Shown piece after piece: positions 1 through 10,302 of a stretch of 64,000 bases of DNA. A program made the translations under genes and the position numbers. Positions within the stretch are counted from its first letter, which is position 1. Each line of letters opens with the position of its first letter. The stretch is from assembly GCA_963805085.1 (NCBI GenBank), contig CAWDTA010000002.1, positions 512,001 to 576,000 of the forward strand, in the 5' to 3' direction. The notes beneath the pieces are model-generated. The model was not told the origin of the DNA. It did no database searches and saw nothing but the letters and a program-made list of their open reading frames with translations. Source of the stretch: an uncultured Veillonellaceae bacterium. Lineage in GTDB: Bacteria; Bacillota; Negativicutes; JARBTT01.

Positions 1-255
1 CCTGGATTTGCCGGCCAAAAATTCGTTTTGCAGACGTTAGATAAAATAAAACTGGCGAGCAAATGGAAAAAGCAATTTGGTTATCAGTATGAAATAGCTG
101 TAGACGGCTGTTGCAACGAAAATTATTACAAAAAACTTTATGACGCTGGAACAGAGGTTTTTATCGTCGGAAGTAGCGGATTATTCGGCAAGGATCAGGA
201 TACATTGAAAGCATTGGAAATTGCAGAACATTTTATCAATGAAGCAACTGTATAA
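1..255 (+). CDS. Ribulose-phosphate 3-epimerase family (AlsE-like), 5'-truncated by the window edge
   Basis: Frame 1 reads PGFAGQKF...IAVDGCCN...FIVGSSGLF, the C-terminal motifs of RPE/AlsE. Confidence 0.85.
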   Translation, partial: PGFAGQKFVLQTLDKIKLASKWKKQFGYQYEIAVDGCCNENYYKKLYDAGTEVFIVGSSGLFGKDQDTLKALEIAEHFINEATV

Positions 256-313
256 GAAAAGTTTGTGTTTCCTGTCCACTTATTGAAAAGGAAACGTATT
301 TAAAATATACAAT

Positions 314-404
314 AAAAACGAGCCAAGATACATGAGGTGACCCCCATAAGTTAGATTTAGGTCTAACTTATGGGGGTCACCTCAACATTCTTGGCTCGTT
401 TTTT
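314..404. terminator. Intrinsic terminator hairpin interrupted by the 52-bp element
   Basis: The arms AAAAACGAGCCAAGA and TCTTGGCTCGTTTTT flank the insertion, between convergent genes. Confidence 0.7.
333..384. mobile_element. 52-bp palindromic miniature element resembling two joined IS3/IS150-type ends
   Basis: TGAGGTGACCCCCATAAGTTAGA-tttagg-TCTAACTTATGGGGGTCACCTCA has TG...CA ends and a 3-bp duplication ACA (330-332, 385-387). A second copy lies at 34309-34360. Confidence 0.75.
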
Positions 405-529
405 ATATCTCGAAAAGAGACGTTTTAGCTTACTGATCAATTTTTGATTTTGAAAAATTTTTGGAATCATAGTACAGCCTTACATAGAAACGAGCATTAC
501 AATTCGTTAATTGCGCATATTCAGTATTT

Positions 530-2050
530 TCATTTATTGTTATTCCAATAAACTTCCATGGCTTCATTTAACCGCCACCATTCTTCATAACGCTTATTAT
601 AAATTTCAGCTAAATCTAGATTCGGCTGAATAGGCGTTTTAATTTTTACCGCCATATCAAAAGCTTCGTTATAATCTTTATATACGCCTGCACCTATTCC
701 TGCTGCAATAGCTACCCCCAAAGCTCCAGTTTCATCGCAATCAACAATTTCAACAGGAATTTGCACAACATCGGCAAAAATTTGTGTCCACACTTTACTT
801 TTTGACATACCACCAGTCAACCGAATAATCTTTCCCGGCAATCCAGATTTTTTCAAAAAATCAATATGGTATTTATGAATAAATGCTATTCCTTCTACTA
901 CCGCATAACACATATCAGCAAAAGATGTATGTGCATCTATATTGAAAAAAGCTGCTTTAGCATTTACATTAAGACTTGGCGAAGCAACATATGGTAAAAA
1001 AAACACTTTAGCCTGCTTTGGTGAAATACTTTGAATCTCCTCATTTAATACATCGAACATCGAAATACCTTTTTCTTTAGCCATTACTTTAGCTCTATCA
1101 CACAAAGTTGTCGTAAACCATTCATAATTCGATGCAGAAGCTCCTGTATATGAACAATTCAAATATTCACCTTTCTTAATATATGGCATATTAGATGAAG
1201 CACTCGGTATGATTTTCGACGAATGTGTTTCGTTGATACACCACGACCCAGCGATTGACGTAACAACACCATCATTGACAGCACCAGCCCCTACTAAACA
1301 TGCTAAAATATCCATCATACCAGCCACTACTGGTGTTCCTTCATATAATCCTGTTTCCACAGCTGCCTTCGCACTGACCTTACCTACAACTTCGTCTGGG
1401 CTTGAAGCCATTTTAGGCAGCTTATCAAACATTTCTGGAATACCATATAACTCCATCAATTGTTTAGAATATTCCATCGTATCCAAATCTACCATAAATG
1501 ATCCGCCAAATACATTAAGATCCGTTGCAAATACATTCGTTAACCGATACATGATATAATCTTTAAACATCAAAATACCACCGATATCATTGTAAACTTT
1601 TGGTTCATGTTCTTTATACCAACGTAGAATCGGTCCTGGTTCTCCTGCAAATAAAGTACCTTTTACAATTTTATTAATTTTTTCATAATTTCCATTTTTC
1701 TTATACAAATCCAGAATTTCATTTGCACGATAATCTTGTGAAAAACATCCCGGAGCAATTGCTAAACCACTTTTATCTAGAAAAGTTACACCATTACCAA
1801 AAGAAGTAACCCCAATACCAGCAATATCAACTGCATTTATATTCGCTTTTTCAATTGCTTCTTGAATACATTTTGAAATAAGCAGCCATAGTTCATCTAC
1901 ATCAAATTCTTCAAAGCCACTGCCTCGATCAACCCGCATACTTCTCATGCTTGGTGTAGATGTAACTGATACAACTTGTCCTTTTTTAGAAAAAATAACA
2001 ACTTTGCTCGAAGTACATCCAGCATCTATACCAATCAAATATTTACCCAT
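530..2050 (-). CDS. FGGY-family carbohydrate kinase (L-xylulokinase-like)
   Basis: N-terminal IGIDAGCTSSK, plus LTGGMSKSKVWTQIFAD and ETGALG motifs. Confidence 0.9.
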   Translation of the reverse strand: MGKYLIGIDAGCTSSKVVIFSKKGQVVSVTSTPSMRSMRVDRGSGFEEFDVDELWLLISKCIQEAIEKANINAVDIAGIGVTSFGNGVTFLDKSGLAIAPGCFSQDYRANEILDLYKKNGNYEKINKIVKGTLFAGEPGPILRWYKEHEPKVYNDIGGILMFKDYIMYRLTNVFATDLNVFGGSFMVDLDTMEYSKQLMELYGIPEMFDKLPKMASSPDEVVGKVSAKAAVETGLYEGTPVVAGMMDILACLVGAGAVNDGVVTSIAGSWCINETHSSKIIPSASSNMPYIKKGEYLNCSYTGASASNYEWFTTTLCDRAKVMAKEKGISMFDVLNEEIQSISPKQAKVFFLPYVASPSLNVNAKAAFFNIDAHTSFADMCYAVVEGIAFIHKYHIDFLKKSGLPGKIIRLTGGMSKSKVWTQIFADVVQIPVEIVDCDETGALGVAIAAGIGAGVYKDYNEAFDMAVKIKTPIQPNLDLAEIYNKRYEEWWRLNEAMEVYWNNNK

Positions 2051-2127
2051 TTTTCACACTTCCTTCTCTTTAACTTACATATTTATCTATTCTCATAATT
2101 TAATACGGGCACTATATTAGATTTTGC

Positions 2128-2886
2128 TTAACGCATCAACATACCGCCAGTTGCATCCAATGTAATTCCCGTAAGATAGTCTGCTTTATTTGAAGCCAGA
2201 AAAGCAACGCCATAGGCAACTTCTTCTGGCCTTGCTACTCGACCTAGCGGTATTCGGTCTTCATAGTAGTTGCTTTTTTCTTTTATGGCCTCTCTTATCA
2301 GTGGAGTATCCATGATTCCTGGAGCCACCGCATTCACCTGAATCCCATAACCAGCCATTTCACGTGCCAAAGAAATCGTAAAAGAGACCAAACCACCCTT
2401 TGATGCTGCATAATGTGCATGGCCTGTGGTCGATCCATGAAAGGCTGCCTGAGATACAATATTTACGATTTTCCCCTTCTTACTATTCGCTAATAAATGT
2501 TTCACAAATAATTTACACATAATAAACGGCGCAACTAAATTCATATCTAATGTATGCCTAAAATCAGCTTCATCCATATCTACTACATAGGCCTGCGGCC
2601 AAACTGCAGCATTATTGATAAGCACATCTAATGTCTGATAGTGTTCAAGAGATAGAGCAAATATCTTATCAATATCCCTTCGTTGCAAAAGATCTGCCCC
2701 AACACCAATTGTATCTATAGCATACTTTGCACGCAGTTCATCAGCATATTCCATTGCATCCTGCTCGTTTCGACTTACAACAATTAAATTTGTTCCTTCG
2801 CCTGCCATAACCTCACAGATGGCCCGCCCCAACCCTTTTGTTCCACCACTCACCAGAACATTTTTGCCTTTTAAACCAAAATCCAT
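2128..2886 (-). CDS. Short-chain dehydrogenase/reductase (SDR)
   Basis: SGGTKGLG, NNAA, YAASK and VNAVAPG motifs. Confidence 0.92.
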   Translation of the reverse strand: MDFGLKGKNVLVSGGTKGLGRAICEVMAGEGTNLIVVSRNEQDAMEYADELRAKYAIDTIGVGADLLQRRDIDKIFALSLEHYQTLDVLINNAAVWPQAYVVDMDEADFRHTLDMNLVAPFIMCKLFVKHLLANSKKGKIVNIVSQAAFHGSTTGHAHYAASKGGLVSFTISLAREMAGYGIQVNAVAPGIMDTPLIREAIKEKSNYYEDRIPLGRVARPEEVAYGVAFLASNKADYLTGITLDATGGMLMR

Positions 2887-2901
2887 ATTTCTCTCCCCAC
2901 T

Positions 2902-3930
2902 TTAGTGCTTATTCACAATAAATCTCGACATTTCTCCATCTAAATATTTAATCATTTCCTTTGATAAAAGCTTTGGTGAATTTAAAAACGCATCTACTGT
3001 ACCTCCCGCTAAATGTGGAGTCACCGTAACATTAGGCAATGTCAATAGCGGATAATCCTTAGGCGGCGGTTCAACATCAAATACATCAAGAGCCGCACCA
3101 ATCATATGCCTAGATAATAAAGCTTCATATAAAGCTTTTTCATCAACAAGTCCTGACCGTGCTGTGTTAATAAAATATGCACCAGGTTTTATCATCCGAA
3201 TAAAATCAGCATTAATCATTCGTTCTGTTTCTTTATTAAGCCGTGTATGAATTGTTAAAAAATCCGCATTTTGCGCAACTTCCTCTAATGAAGCCAATTT
3301 TATATAATCGGGTACTTCTTTAATATAAGGATCATAGCCTACAATCTTCATTTCAAAACCATGCAACCGTTGTGCAACTTTTTGACCAACTTGACCTAGT
3401 CCAATAATCCCCACTGTTTTCTCACTGAGATCTGGTACAACCGCTACATTTGTATAATCCCTTACCCAATGACCACTCTTCATATTCATGTGGCTTTTCG
3501 CAATGTTGCGACACTCACAGATAAGCAGCCCAACCGTGAAATCTGCTACAGCAGTTGCATTTCTGCCCGGCGTATTATAGACTAAGATTCCTTTCTCTGT
3601 TGCGTAATCCACATTAATATTTTCATACCCGCTTCTCAACACACCAATAATCTTTAAATTTTTACAAGCGTCTATAACCTTGCGCGAAATCGGGCAAAAC
3701 TGCGTAATGATAATATCTGCATCCTTAACCGCTGCTATTATTTCATCTGGCACATCATAAACTTCACTGCCATTTGTTTCTACTTGTAAATTAATATGCT
3801 GCAATTCTTCATAAGAACTCTGCTGCCACTTCACTGTTTTTACCGTAATTCCTTTTGCCTCAAAATTTTCAAATCCTTTTTCTATCATATTTGCTGGAAT
3901 CAGCAAATCCCCTATACCTACAATTTTCAT
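2902..3930 (-). CDS. D-isomer-specific 2-hydroxyacid dehydrogenase
   Basis: GIIGLGQVG, INTARSGLVD, LDVFDVEP and TPHLAG motifs. Confidence 0.9.
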   Translation of the reverse strand: MKIVGIGDLLIPANMIEKGFENFEAKGITVKTVKWQQSSYEELQHINLQVETNGSEVYDVPDEIIAAVKDADIIITQFCPISRKVIDACKNLKIIGVLRSGYENINVDYATEKGILVYNTPGRNATAVADFTVGLLICECRNIAKSHMNMKSGHWVRDYTNVAVVPDLSEKTVGIIGLGQVGQKVAQRLHGFEMKIVGYDPYIKEVPDYIKLASLEEVAQNADFLTIHTRLNKETERMINADFIRMIKPGAYFINTARSGLVDEKALYEALLSRHMIGAALDVFDVEPPPKDYPLLTLPNVTVTPHLAGGTVDAFLNSPKLLSKEMIKYLDGEMSRFIVNKH

Positions 3931-4003
3931 GTATATCGTCTCCTCTCGTTTATAGGACTTTAACTACCAATTCACCTTGCCAATTAAATATTTGGGTGTA
4001 TAC

Positions 4004-4085
4004 AAAAAAACGGTAATAAGTCGTAGGTTAACGCCTATGACTTATTACCGAATTCTAATCACATTCCGATATCTAATATTTTGTT
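4004..4085 (-). promoter_or_regulatory. Leader terminator upstream of the dehydrogenase-SDR-kinase genes; possible GlpP antitermination site
   Basis: On the minus strand the hairpin CGGTAATAAGTC...GACTTATTACCG is followed by a U-tract and preceded by GAAT...GAATTCG, as in the leaders near 11.3 and 13.3 kb. Confidence 0.55.
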
Positions 4086-4161
4086 GTAATTTTTTTACTT
4101 TTTTGAAAACATTTTATCTATCCTTTTAGTTATAGCTGAACCAAACTTGACATTCCCCCAT

Positions 4162-7080
4162 TTATCCCAAACTTTCATTTTGATCAAAGACATTTATAAA
4201 TTCCATAGGCGTTTTTGCTCCTATTAACTCAGCTACTTTTTTCTCTTGTTTCAATATTCTAAATAATTCTGTCACTATATTAACGTCATGCTCTCCAATC
4301 GCCAACATACATATCAATTTAACTTTTCTTCCTTCACTATCCCATTCGACCGCATTTTTAAGTCGTAAAAATATGATGCAAGAATTGTTTACATAAGCAG
4401 ACATTCCATGAGGGATTGCTATTTCACCTTTAAAATAGGTAGTATTCATTTTTTCCCGCTCTACCACAGATTCAAGATATTCTTTTTTAATATATCCATT
4501 ATTAAATGCCAGCGCACACATACGCTCTAAGATTTGCTGCTTTGTCGTCAAGTCAAAATCCAATAAAATGGAATCTTCCCTTACTATGCTTCTTATTTTC
4601 ATCAAAGAATTGGGTTTTAAAATATAATCCAGAAAAATTTTATTACTATTTATAAAATCCTTTTCAAAAGAAATAAATTTTATCCCCTCGATTCCAGGAT
4701 TTATAGTTCCAACGATAGCCACAATATTATATTTCAATTTCAAACAATCAATTTTTTTCTTTAAATCCTCCTCAACCAGCCCTAATGTAAATATTTTCAA
4801 ATAACTATACCTATCTGATAGAACCGCTTTTATATTTTCTGCCATTCCTTGCCCAGTAAGACACATAGCAACTACTGCCGGAGGTTTTTGGGACTTATTA
4901 TCTGGCACCATTTGAAATTTATACTTTAGATTAACCAATTCATAATATATATCATCTAAATCTTTCTCTTCTATATAGACTTTTCTTACAGCTTCCAATA
5001 CAGTAAGGATATCGATTCTGTCAATCGTACGTGTCTTTATCCCCGTTCTTTTATTTATAACATCGCCGACATTGACCAAAGACCCCATGTCTACCAAAAA
5101 CAAGATTCCCTTTCCTGTATTTAGTATTTTTGCTATTTCTATAGTTTTTTCAAATATCTTAGAAGGATTCACAGCCAACGGCATATCAATAGCAATCGGG
5201 AAATGTATATTCATAAGCTCATTAACTACCTTTAACATTTCTGTCGCTATTTTGCCGTGACACATGATGATAATTCCTATTTTATTTTTTTTCTGCTTAA
5301 CTTCAAGCAATTTTTTTATATACATTGCGATAAAGCTTATTTCATCTTCCGGTATTTGAATTCTTTCTCTATTTTCAATTTTTAAAGCCAATTGACATGC
5401 CAGTTCATATTCTTCTTTCATATTTTTTCTTATATATAGAGAATTAGGATTTATTATTTCTACCTTAAAACGTATCCGCTTTATCGCCTCATTTATATGA
5501 ATAGCCAAATATAAAATAATATTCCCATTTATTGCACACTGCGGATATTTTACCTTTAACTCTATAACAAATTCTTTGAGAATATCAATAATAGAATCTT
5601 TTACGACATATTTCAGATTATCCAGACAAGCAATTTCATTTTTTATATTTGCATCAAAATCCATCATATTAAAATTTTTCATAATAAATGTCCACATAAT
5701 TTTTTCGATTTCGTCTGGGGATAAATCTAAATTTTTAAGTTTCTGATATTTTTTTTCTATTTTTTGATAGATATCCTCCGGTAGTGAATATTTCGTTTCC
5801 TTCATTACATTGTGATCCACAACCATAGCATCTGTATTATTTTGAGGAATCAAAAGTTTATCTTTTATAATCCTATTTAATTCAGACATATCATACGTAT
5901 CCACACTGGCATCTTCACTAAAAAAATTATTGTACAATATCTCATTTAACCCTATATCGATTTCATTTTTTCCTGAATTTATTTTATCTATATAAGCATT
6001 GGCACAAGTAACCTGTATTTCACTCTTAATTTGCCCTATATTCCCCTGATAGTCTTTTAAAATAAACGATTTAATTATTTTTTTATTTAAAAAAATTTTA
6101 GAATTAATTCGATTTGCTTCCACCTGAAAAAATTCATAAATCAACTGAACTTTCTCACTGGCAGAACGATTTTTCAGCGACGGCATCGAAATAATCATAG
6201 GAATTCTTCGCCGGAAACTTGTGAGCAAAGTTGATTCTATATTTTCCGTAGTAGCCCCAATAAAAAAAATGCGGGCCTTTCTTTCACCTGATGTTTCTCC
6301 CAACCTTCTGAAAGTGCCTTTATCCAATAACGAAAAAAGAATTTCCTGCCCTTTGGGTGGCAGCCTGTGTATTTCATCTAAAAAAAGTATATTATTATCG
6401 GCTTTTTCCACAAGACCTTCTGTATCTGTATCCGCCCCAGTAAAAGCCCCTTTTTTATAACCATATAGGATAGACAGTAATAATTGTGGATTATCTGCAT
6501 AATCCGCACAGTTTAACGACATAAACGCAGCATCTTCAGCGATAATATTCTCTTGAATAGCATACTTATGCATATATTCCACAAAAAGCGTTTTCCCTGT
6601 ACCACTTTCGCCTATGATGAGCGTTGCCAACCCAAAAGGTGGATATCGTACAGAGGCTTTCGCTTGTTTTATACAATTTTTAAGACTTCTATCATACCCC
6701 ACCAAGTTGCTAAAAATATCGGCCTTCTTATCTTGTGGTAGCTGCACCGGCTGCTGCCTCTGTAATTTCAAATCAACTTCATAGTTGTCAAGTGCTTTAT
6801 TTATATAAGGTACAGACACTTCAAAGCCCAGCTTCGCAAATTCCATACTGATCTGTTTTGAATTCATATCATTATTTTTCTTTTTTAAAGAATGTATAAT
6901 CTCCAAGATTGAATTTTTTTTTCGTTCTCTTGAATTTGGTATATTTAATTCGTTTCTAACATTGGTCACCGTTTCTCTCAATACAGAAATTTTCTGTGAT
7001 ATTTCTTCATCACTCAATGGCTGTGTAATATCTTCGCGTTCAATAATTTCTTTGATTTTTTTTAAGGTATTTTCGTTCAT
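4162..7080 (-). CDS. LevR/DgaR-type sigma54 enhancer-binding activator with PRD, EIIA(Man)-like and EIIA(Fru)-like domains
   Basis: GESGTGKT, GAFTGA, LFLDEIH, PRD motif YLAIH, IMCHG and C-terminal IAIPHG. The start is set at the ATG after a GGGGTGG RBS. Confidence 0.9.
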   Translation of the reverse strand: MNENTLKKIKEIIEREDITQPLSDEEISQKISVLRETVTNVRNELNIPNSRERKKNSILEIIHSLKKKNNDMNSKQISMEFAKLGFEVSVPYINKALDNYEVDLKLQRQQPVQLPQDKKADIFSNLVGYDRSLKNCIKQAKASVRYPPFGLATLIIGESGTGKTLFVEYMHKYAIQENIIAEDAAFMSLNCADYADNPQLLLSILYGYKKGAFTGADTDTEGLVEKADNNILFLDEIHRLPPKGQEILFSLLDKGTFRRLGETSGERKARIFFIGATTENIESTLLTSFRRRIPMIISMPSLKNRSASEKVQLIYEFFQVEANRINSKIFLNKKIIKSFILKDYQGNIGQIKSEIQVTCANAYIDKINSGKNEIDIGLNEILYNNFFSEDASVDTYDMSELNRIIKDKLLIPQNNTDAMVVDHNVMKETKYSLPEDIYQKIEKKYQKLKNLDLSPDEIEKIMWTFIMKNFNMMDFDANIKNEIACLDNLKYVVKDSIIDILKEFVIELKVKYPQCAINGNIILYLAIHINEAIKRIRFKVEIINPNSLYIRKNMKEEYELACQLALKIENRERIQIPEDEISFIAMYIKKLLEVKQKKNKIGIIIMCHGKIATEMLKVVNELMNIHFPIAIDMPLAVNPSKIFEKTIEIAKILNTGKGILFLVDMGSLVNVGDVINKRTGIKTRTIDRIDILTVLEAVRKVYIEEKDLDDIYYELVNLKYKFQMVPDNKSQKPPAVVAMCLTGQGMAENIKAVLSDRYSYLKIFTLGLVEEDLKKKIDCLKLKYNIVAIVGTINPGIEGIKFISFEKDFINSNKIFLDYILKPNSLMKIRSIVREDSILLDFDLTTKQQILERMCALAFNNGYIKKEYLESVVEREKMNTTYFKGEIAIPHGMSAYVNNSCIIFLRLKNAVEWDSEGRKVKLICMLAIGEHDVNIVTELFRILKQEKKVAELIGAKTPMEFINVFDQNESLG

Positions 7081-7481
7081 GGTATTTCCACCACCCCTAA
7101 TATATATTGAATCCGCTGACATAGAGGTTTCTGTTCCGTAATTCAGCCGGCATTAACTACTATTGTAATCATAATAATACTACACTTCATTGTACTCTAG
7201 CTATTGGTATTTACTGTCCACCTCAAAGATTGGGACATATCACAAAAATATAACATCGCAATTCTTATATAACCGCACCTTCATTACAAAAGGTGGTATG
7301 TTTGCTTAACTGCCTTCTTATGAAATTCAGCCATGCCATATCTGTCAAATTGCCATGTAAATAAAGACTTGCATAAAAATCAATGAATTTTATTACTGTT
7401 TTAATATTTATAATTGCCATCAAGTAGAATCTTATTATTTTTCTAGATTTTAAAACAAGCCCCTAATCCAATTAGGGGCTA

Positions 7482-7710
7482 CAGACTGTCGACAAAATAA
7501 AAATATTTACATTGATAAATAGAAACAATCTAAATTCGTACCACTTATAAACTAGCACGAAGATAGGCTGCCGGTTGGAGAGAAGTGCTCAGATGCTAGG
7601 CGCAGCAAGGCGTTGCGAAGGAGTCGTACTCTTGTACGTCGACGAGCAGCACCTTGCTGCAACGACGCAAATGGGTGCTTATCGCCTGCCTGCGGCCTAT
7701 CTGTCCATAG
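7482..7710. repeat. Dispersed non-coding repeat (MITE-like), copy 1
   Basis: Highly similar to 53647-53797. Begins CAGACTGTCGACAAA and is flanked by a duplicated 23-bp hairpin AGCCCCTAATCCAATTAGGGGCT (7458-7480, 7727-7749). Confidence 0.75.
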
Positions 7711-7866
7711 TACCCCTAAAATCTGCAGCCCCTAATCCAATTAGGGGCTGCATAGTTTGTACTAAAAAAGGATAAGTACCTCTGGACTTTTTGTATTTTC
7801 TAAACTCTATCAGAATGTAAAACTTCCGATGTACTTACCAGTCTCTTATATCATCAATCTTTTCGC

Positions 7867-8340
7867 CTAAGAGAGTTTTAATATCTGTGACATGAAAATC
7901 TGATATGCTTCTGCTTTAGATTCTATATGATACAACTTTTCTAAATTTTCCTCGTACTTACAATAATTTACTATATTTTTCAAGTAATTCAAATGTTTGT
8001 TTTCGCCTTTCAGCGCCAATAAAAACATTATCCCCGCTTCTATTTTTGTTCCATTATTTTCCATGGTGTAAAATTCGACAGGCTTTTTAGAAATACACAT
8101 GACGACCGCTGGTCGTATTACATTTTCATGCTCTGAATGAGGCACTGCAATTCCTATAGGGCTTGTACTTAATCCGGTAGGAAATACACGCTCTCTTTCA
8201 ATCGTAGCATCAGCATATTTATCATTCACAAATCCTTTTTCCTGTAAATATCCTGCTATATGTTTAATAGCTGTCTCTTGTGTCTTTATGTCATCTACAA
8301 TTAATACATCATAATATATTCCATCAATTATACTATTCAT
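7867..8340 (-). CDS. PTS EIIA component (Gat/Fru type)
   Basis: REx2FPTGL and IAVPHS phospho-His motif. Confidence 0.9.
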   Translation of the reverse strand: MNSIIDGIYYDVLIVDDIKTQETAIKHIAGYLQEKGFVNDKYADATIERERVFPTGLSTSPIGIAVPHSEHENVIRPAVVMCISKKPVEFYTMENNGTKIEAGIMFLLALKGENKHLNYLKNIVNYCKYEENLEKLYHIESKAEAYQIFMSQILKLS

Positions 8341-8439
8341 ACTACGGCCTCCCCCCTTTTCTATGATTAAGACAGTAGACACTTTTCTCTTAATAAAATG
8401 AAATCTCTCTATATTCTAGATGATTAAGAAGAAAACTCT

Positions 8440-9714
8440 CTAAAATCCAAATACAAAGCCAAATGCTTTATAAACCAACACAACTAAAGGTGTCCCTGTC
8501 GCATCCCAAGCTGATATTGCTCCTTGTGCAACATCATATTTCATCGTCCCAGCCAAAGCCGTCATCGGGGTTGCCATTAAAGTTGCCCCCCAGCAAAATA
8601 GAGCTACTATAAAAGATTCAATAATTATATTGTGAAATATATTTCCTTCCGTTATAGCATTTACTGCGGCACTTTCCCAAAGAACTATGATTAAACTTAT
8701 CGTAGCTATCATTTGATTTCCTGGAAGTACAAGGGAGATCAATAATGCGATCGGATACATAATTAATGTGGTAGGCGTAACTGCTGCATGACCAATTACC
8801 GTTGAACAATCAAGCGCTATGCGAACATCATCCCGCTTCAATTTACTTGTAAGCGATTTTTTTGCATTTCTAATAACCGGGAACCATCCTTCTACTAGGA
8901 TAGAAGCCATTTTCGGCAAAAGCAAAAATGCTGCTGCCATTTTAACTCCTAATAAAAGAGCTCCCATAACCCCTATTTGACTTAAAGCCCCAATAAATAT
9001 ACCTACTACAGCCCCCATGACCGTACTTTCACCAAATATTCCGACTTTTTCTTCTATTGTTTCTGCCTTTAAATTAATATCTTTTATAATTGGAGTTCTC
9101 TTTAACACCCACTCCAAAGGAATTGCGATACATGCTTGAAAAGAAAAATGACTGCCATGTGGCCAAGAACCACCGGGAGGAAAACCATTGATTTTTTCGA
9201 TATACGGCGCAGCAATATCAGCTGCTTTTAGATCAATTACCAAAAATACAATAACCGCTACCGTTGCTATCCAGAAATTATTTGATGCAACTCCCACAAG
9301 ACCAGCTAAAAGCATAGCTCTCCAGGTGTTAAATACATCCACATATAATGTATCTGTAAACCTTATATAAACTAAAAAAACATTTAATATTAAAAATAGC
9401 AATACGCCAAAATATCCATATGGGTTACCGAATGCATAGCTCAAGCACCCCCAGCCGATATCTATGACACTTTTACTGAATCCATATACTTGGATTATGT
9501 TGTTTACAGGACCTAACATTGCCTGCTGGATAAGTCCAACGATTAGCATTATCCCTTGAAGCCCTATGGATACTTTGATCGCCCCAAGTATAGCTTTTTT
9601 GATTGGCACTTGTACAATTAAAGCAATGAATAGGAACAATCCTATGATTGTTACTGCAGAATCAAAACCAAAAAAAGCAGATAGAATATCGGTTACTTCA
9701 CTTACTATATTCAT
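8440..9714 (-). CDS. PTS galactitol-family EIIC permease
   Basis: Polytopic membrane protein with IDIGW, VDVFNTW and IALD motifs typical of the GatC family. Confidence 0.85.
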   Translation of the reverse strand: MNIVSEVTDILSAFFGFDSAVTIIGLFLFIALIVQVPIKKAILGAIKVSIGLQGIMLIVGLIQQAMLGPVNNIIQVYGFSKSVIDIGWGCLSYAFGNPYGYFGVLLFLILNVFLVYIRFTDTLYVDVFNTWRAMLLAGLVGVASNNFWIATVAVIVFLVIDLKAADIAAPYIEKINGFPPGGSWPHGSHFSFQACIAIPLEWVLKRTPIIKDINLKAETIEEKVGIFGESTVMGAVVGIFIGALSQIGVMGALLLGVKMAAAFLLLPKMASILVEGWFPVIRNAKKSLTSKLKRDDVRIALDCSTVIGHAAVTPTTLIMYPIALLISLVLPGNQMIATISLIIVLWESAAVNAITEGNIFHNIIIESFIVALFCWGATLMATPMTALAGTMKYDVAQGAISAWDATGTPLVVLVYKAFGFVFGF

Positions 9715-9812
9715 TTCTTGACTCCCTCCCCAATAATATTTTTTAACCTGACATTGAAAATCAATCGACTCATTTGATTCAATTAATAGCGCTATTAATT
9801 TCAATCTTTAAA

Positions 9813-10109
9813 TTATAAACTTTTTACAATTGACACAATTTCTTTTAGTGCTTTTTCAGCAGCGACATCATCCAGCATGATTCCTAATGCTCTTACCATA
9901 GGTGTCCCTTCTATCGCGTGAATTTCAACAGTTGTAACTACTAGATCTGCATTACCGATCTGTTCTTCAAGATCGGTAACTCTACATATAATAACCTTTA
10001 CATTTTTTATTTTCTCTGCTTTCATTCTGTCTTCTATTTCTTCTTTTAAATAGTTCGAAGTACAAATTCCTGCGCCGCAGCAACATAATATTGTAGTATT
10101 CTCTTTCAC
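9813..10109 (-). CDS. PTS EIIB component (GatB-like)
   Basis: CCGAGICTS phospho-Cys loop. Confidence 0.9.
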   Translation of the reverse strand: MKENTTILCCCGAGICTSNYLKEEIEDRMKAEKIKNVKVIICRVTDLEEQIGNADLVVTTVEIHAIEGTPMVRALGIMLDDVAAEKALKEIVSIVKSL

Positions 10110-10143
10110 AATTTCACCCCCTCTACGCTTTACACTTTATATA

Positions 10144-10160
10144 TGCAAAATTCGTGCCAA
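10144..10160 (-). promoter_or_regulatory. Sigma54 -24/-12 promoter of the PTS operon
   Basis: The minus strand reads TTGGCACGAATTTTGCA, matching TGGCAC-N5-TTGC, and a GAFTGA activator is encoded nearby. Confidence 0.85.
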
Positions 10161-10302
10161 TTACAATCAAAAGGATTTACCCCGCCTAAAATGCCGGTTC
10201 TGAGATAGTTCATTTTGTTAGAATTACAAAATGAACTATTATCTCATCTAAAATTACAATAAAATTATTTTTTGTAATTTTAATACCCACTAGTAATAAC
10301 TG

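Noticed and set aside
3965-3984. Sigma54 promoter before the 342-aa dehydrogenase (TGGCAAGGTGAATTGG)
   Set aside because: Spacing is off by one base and the -12 GC is missing.
7575-7775. 66-aa ORF
   Set aside because: It lies within the GC-rich non-coding repeat and has no convincing RBS.
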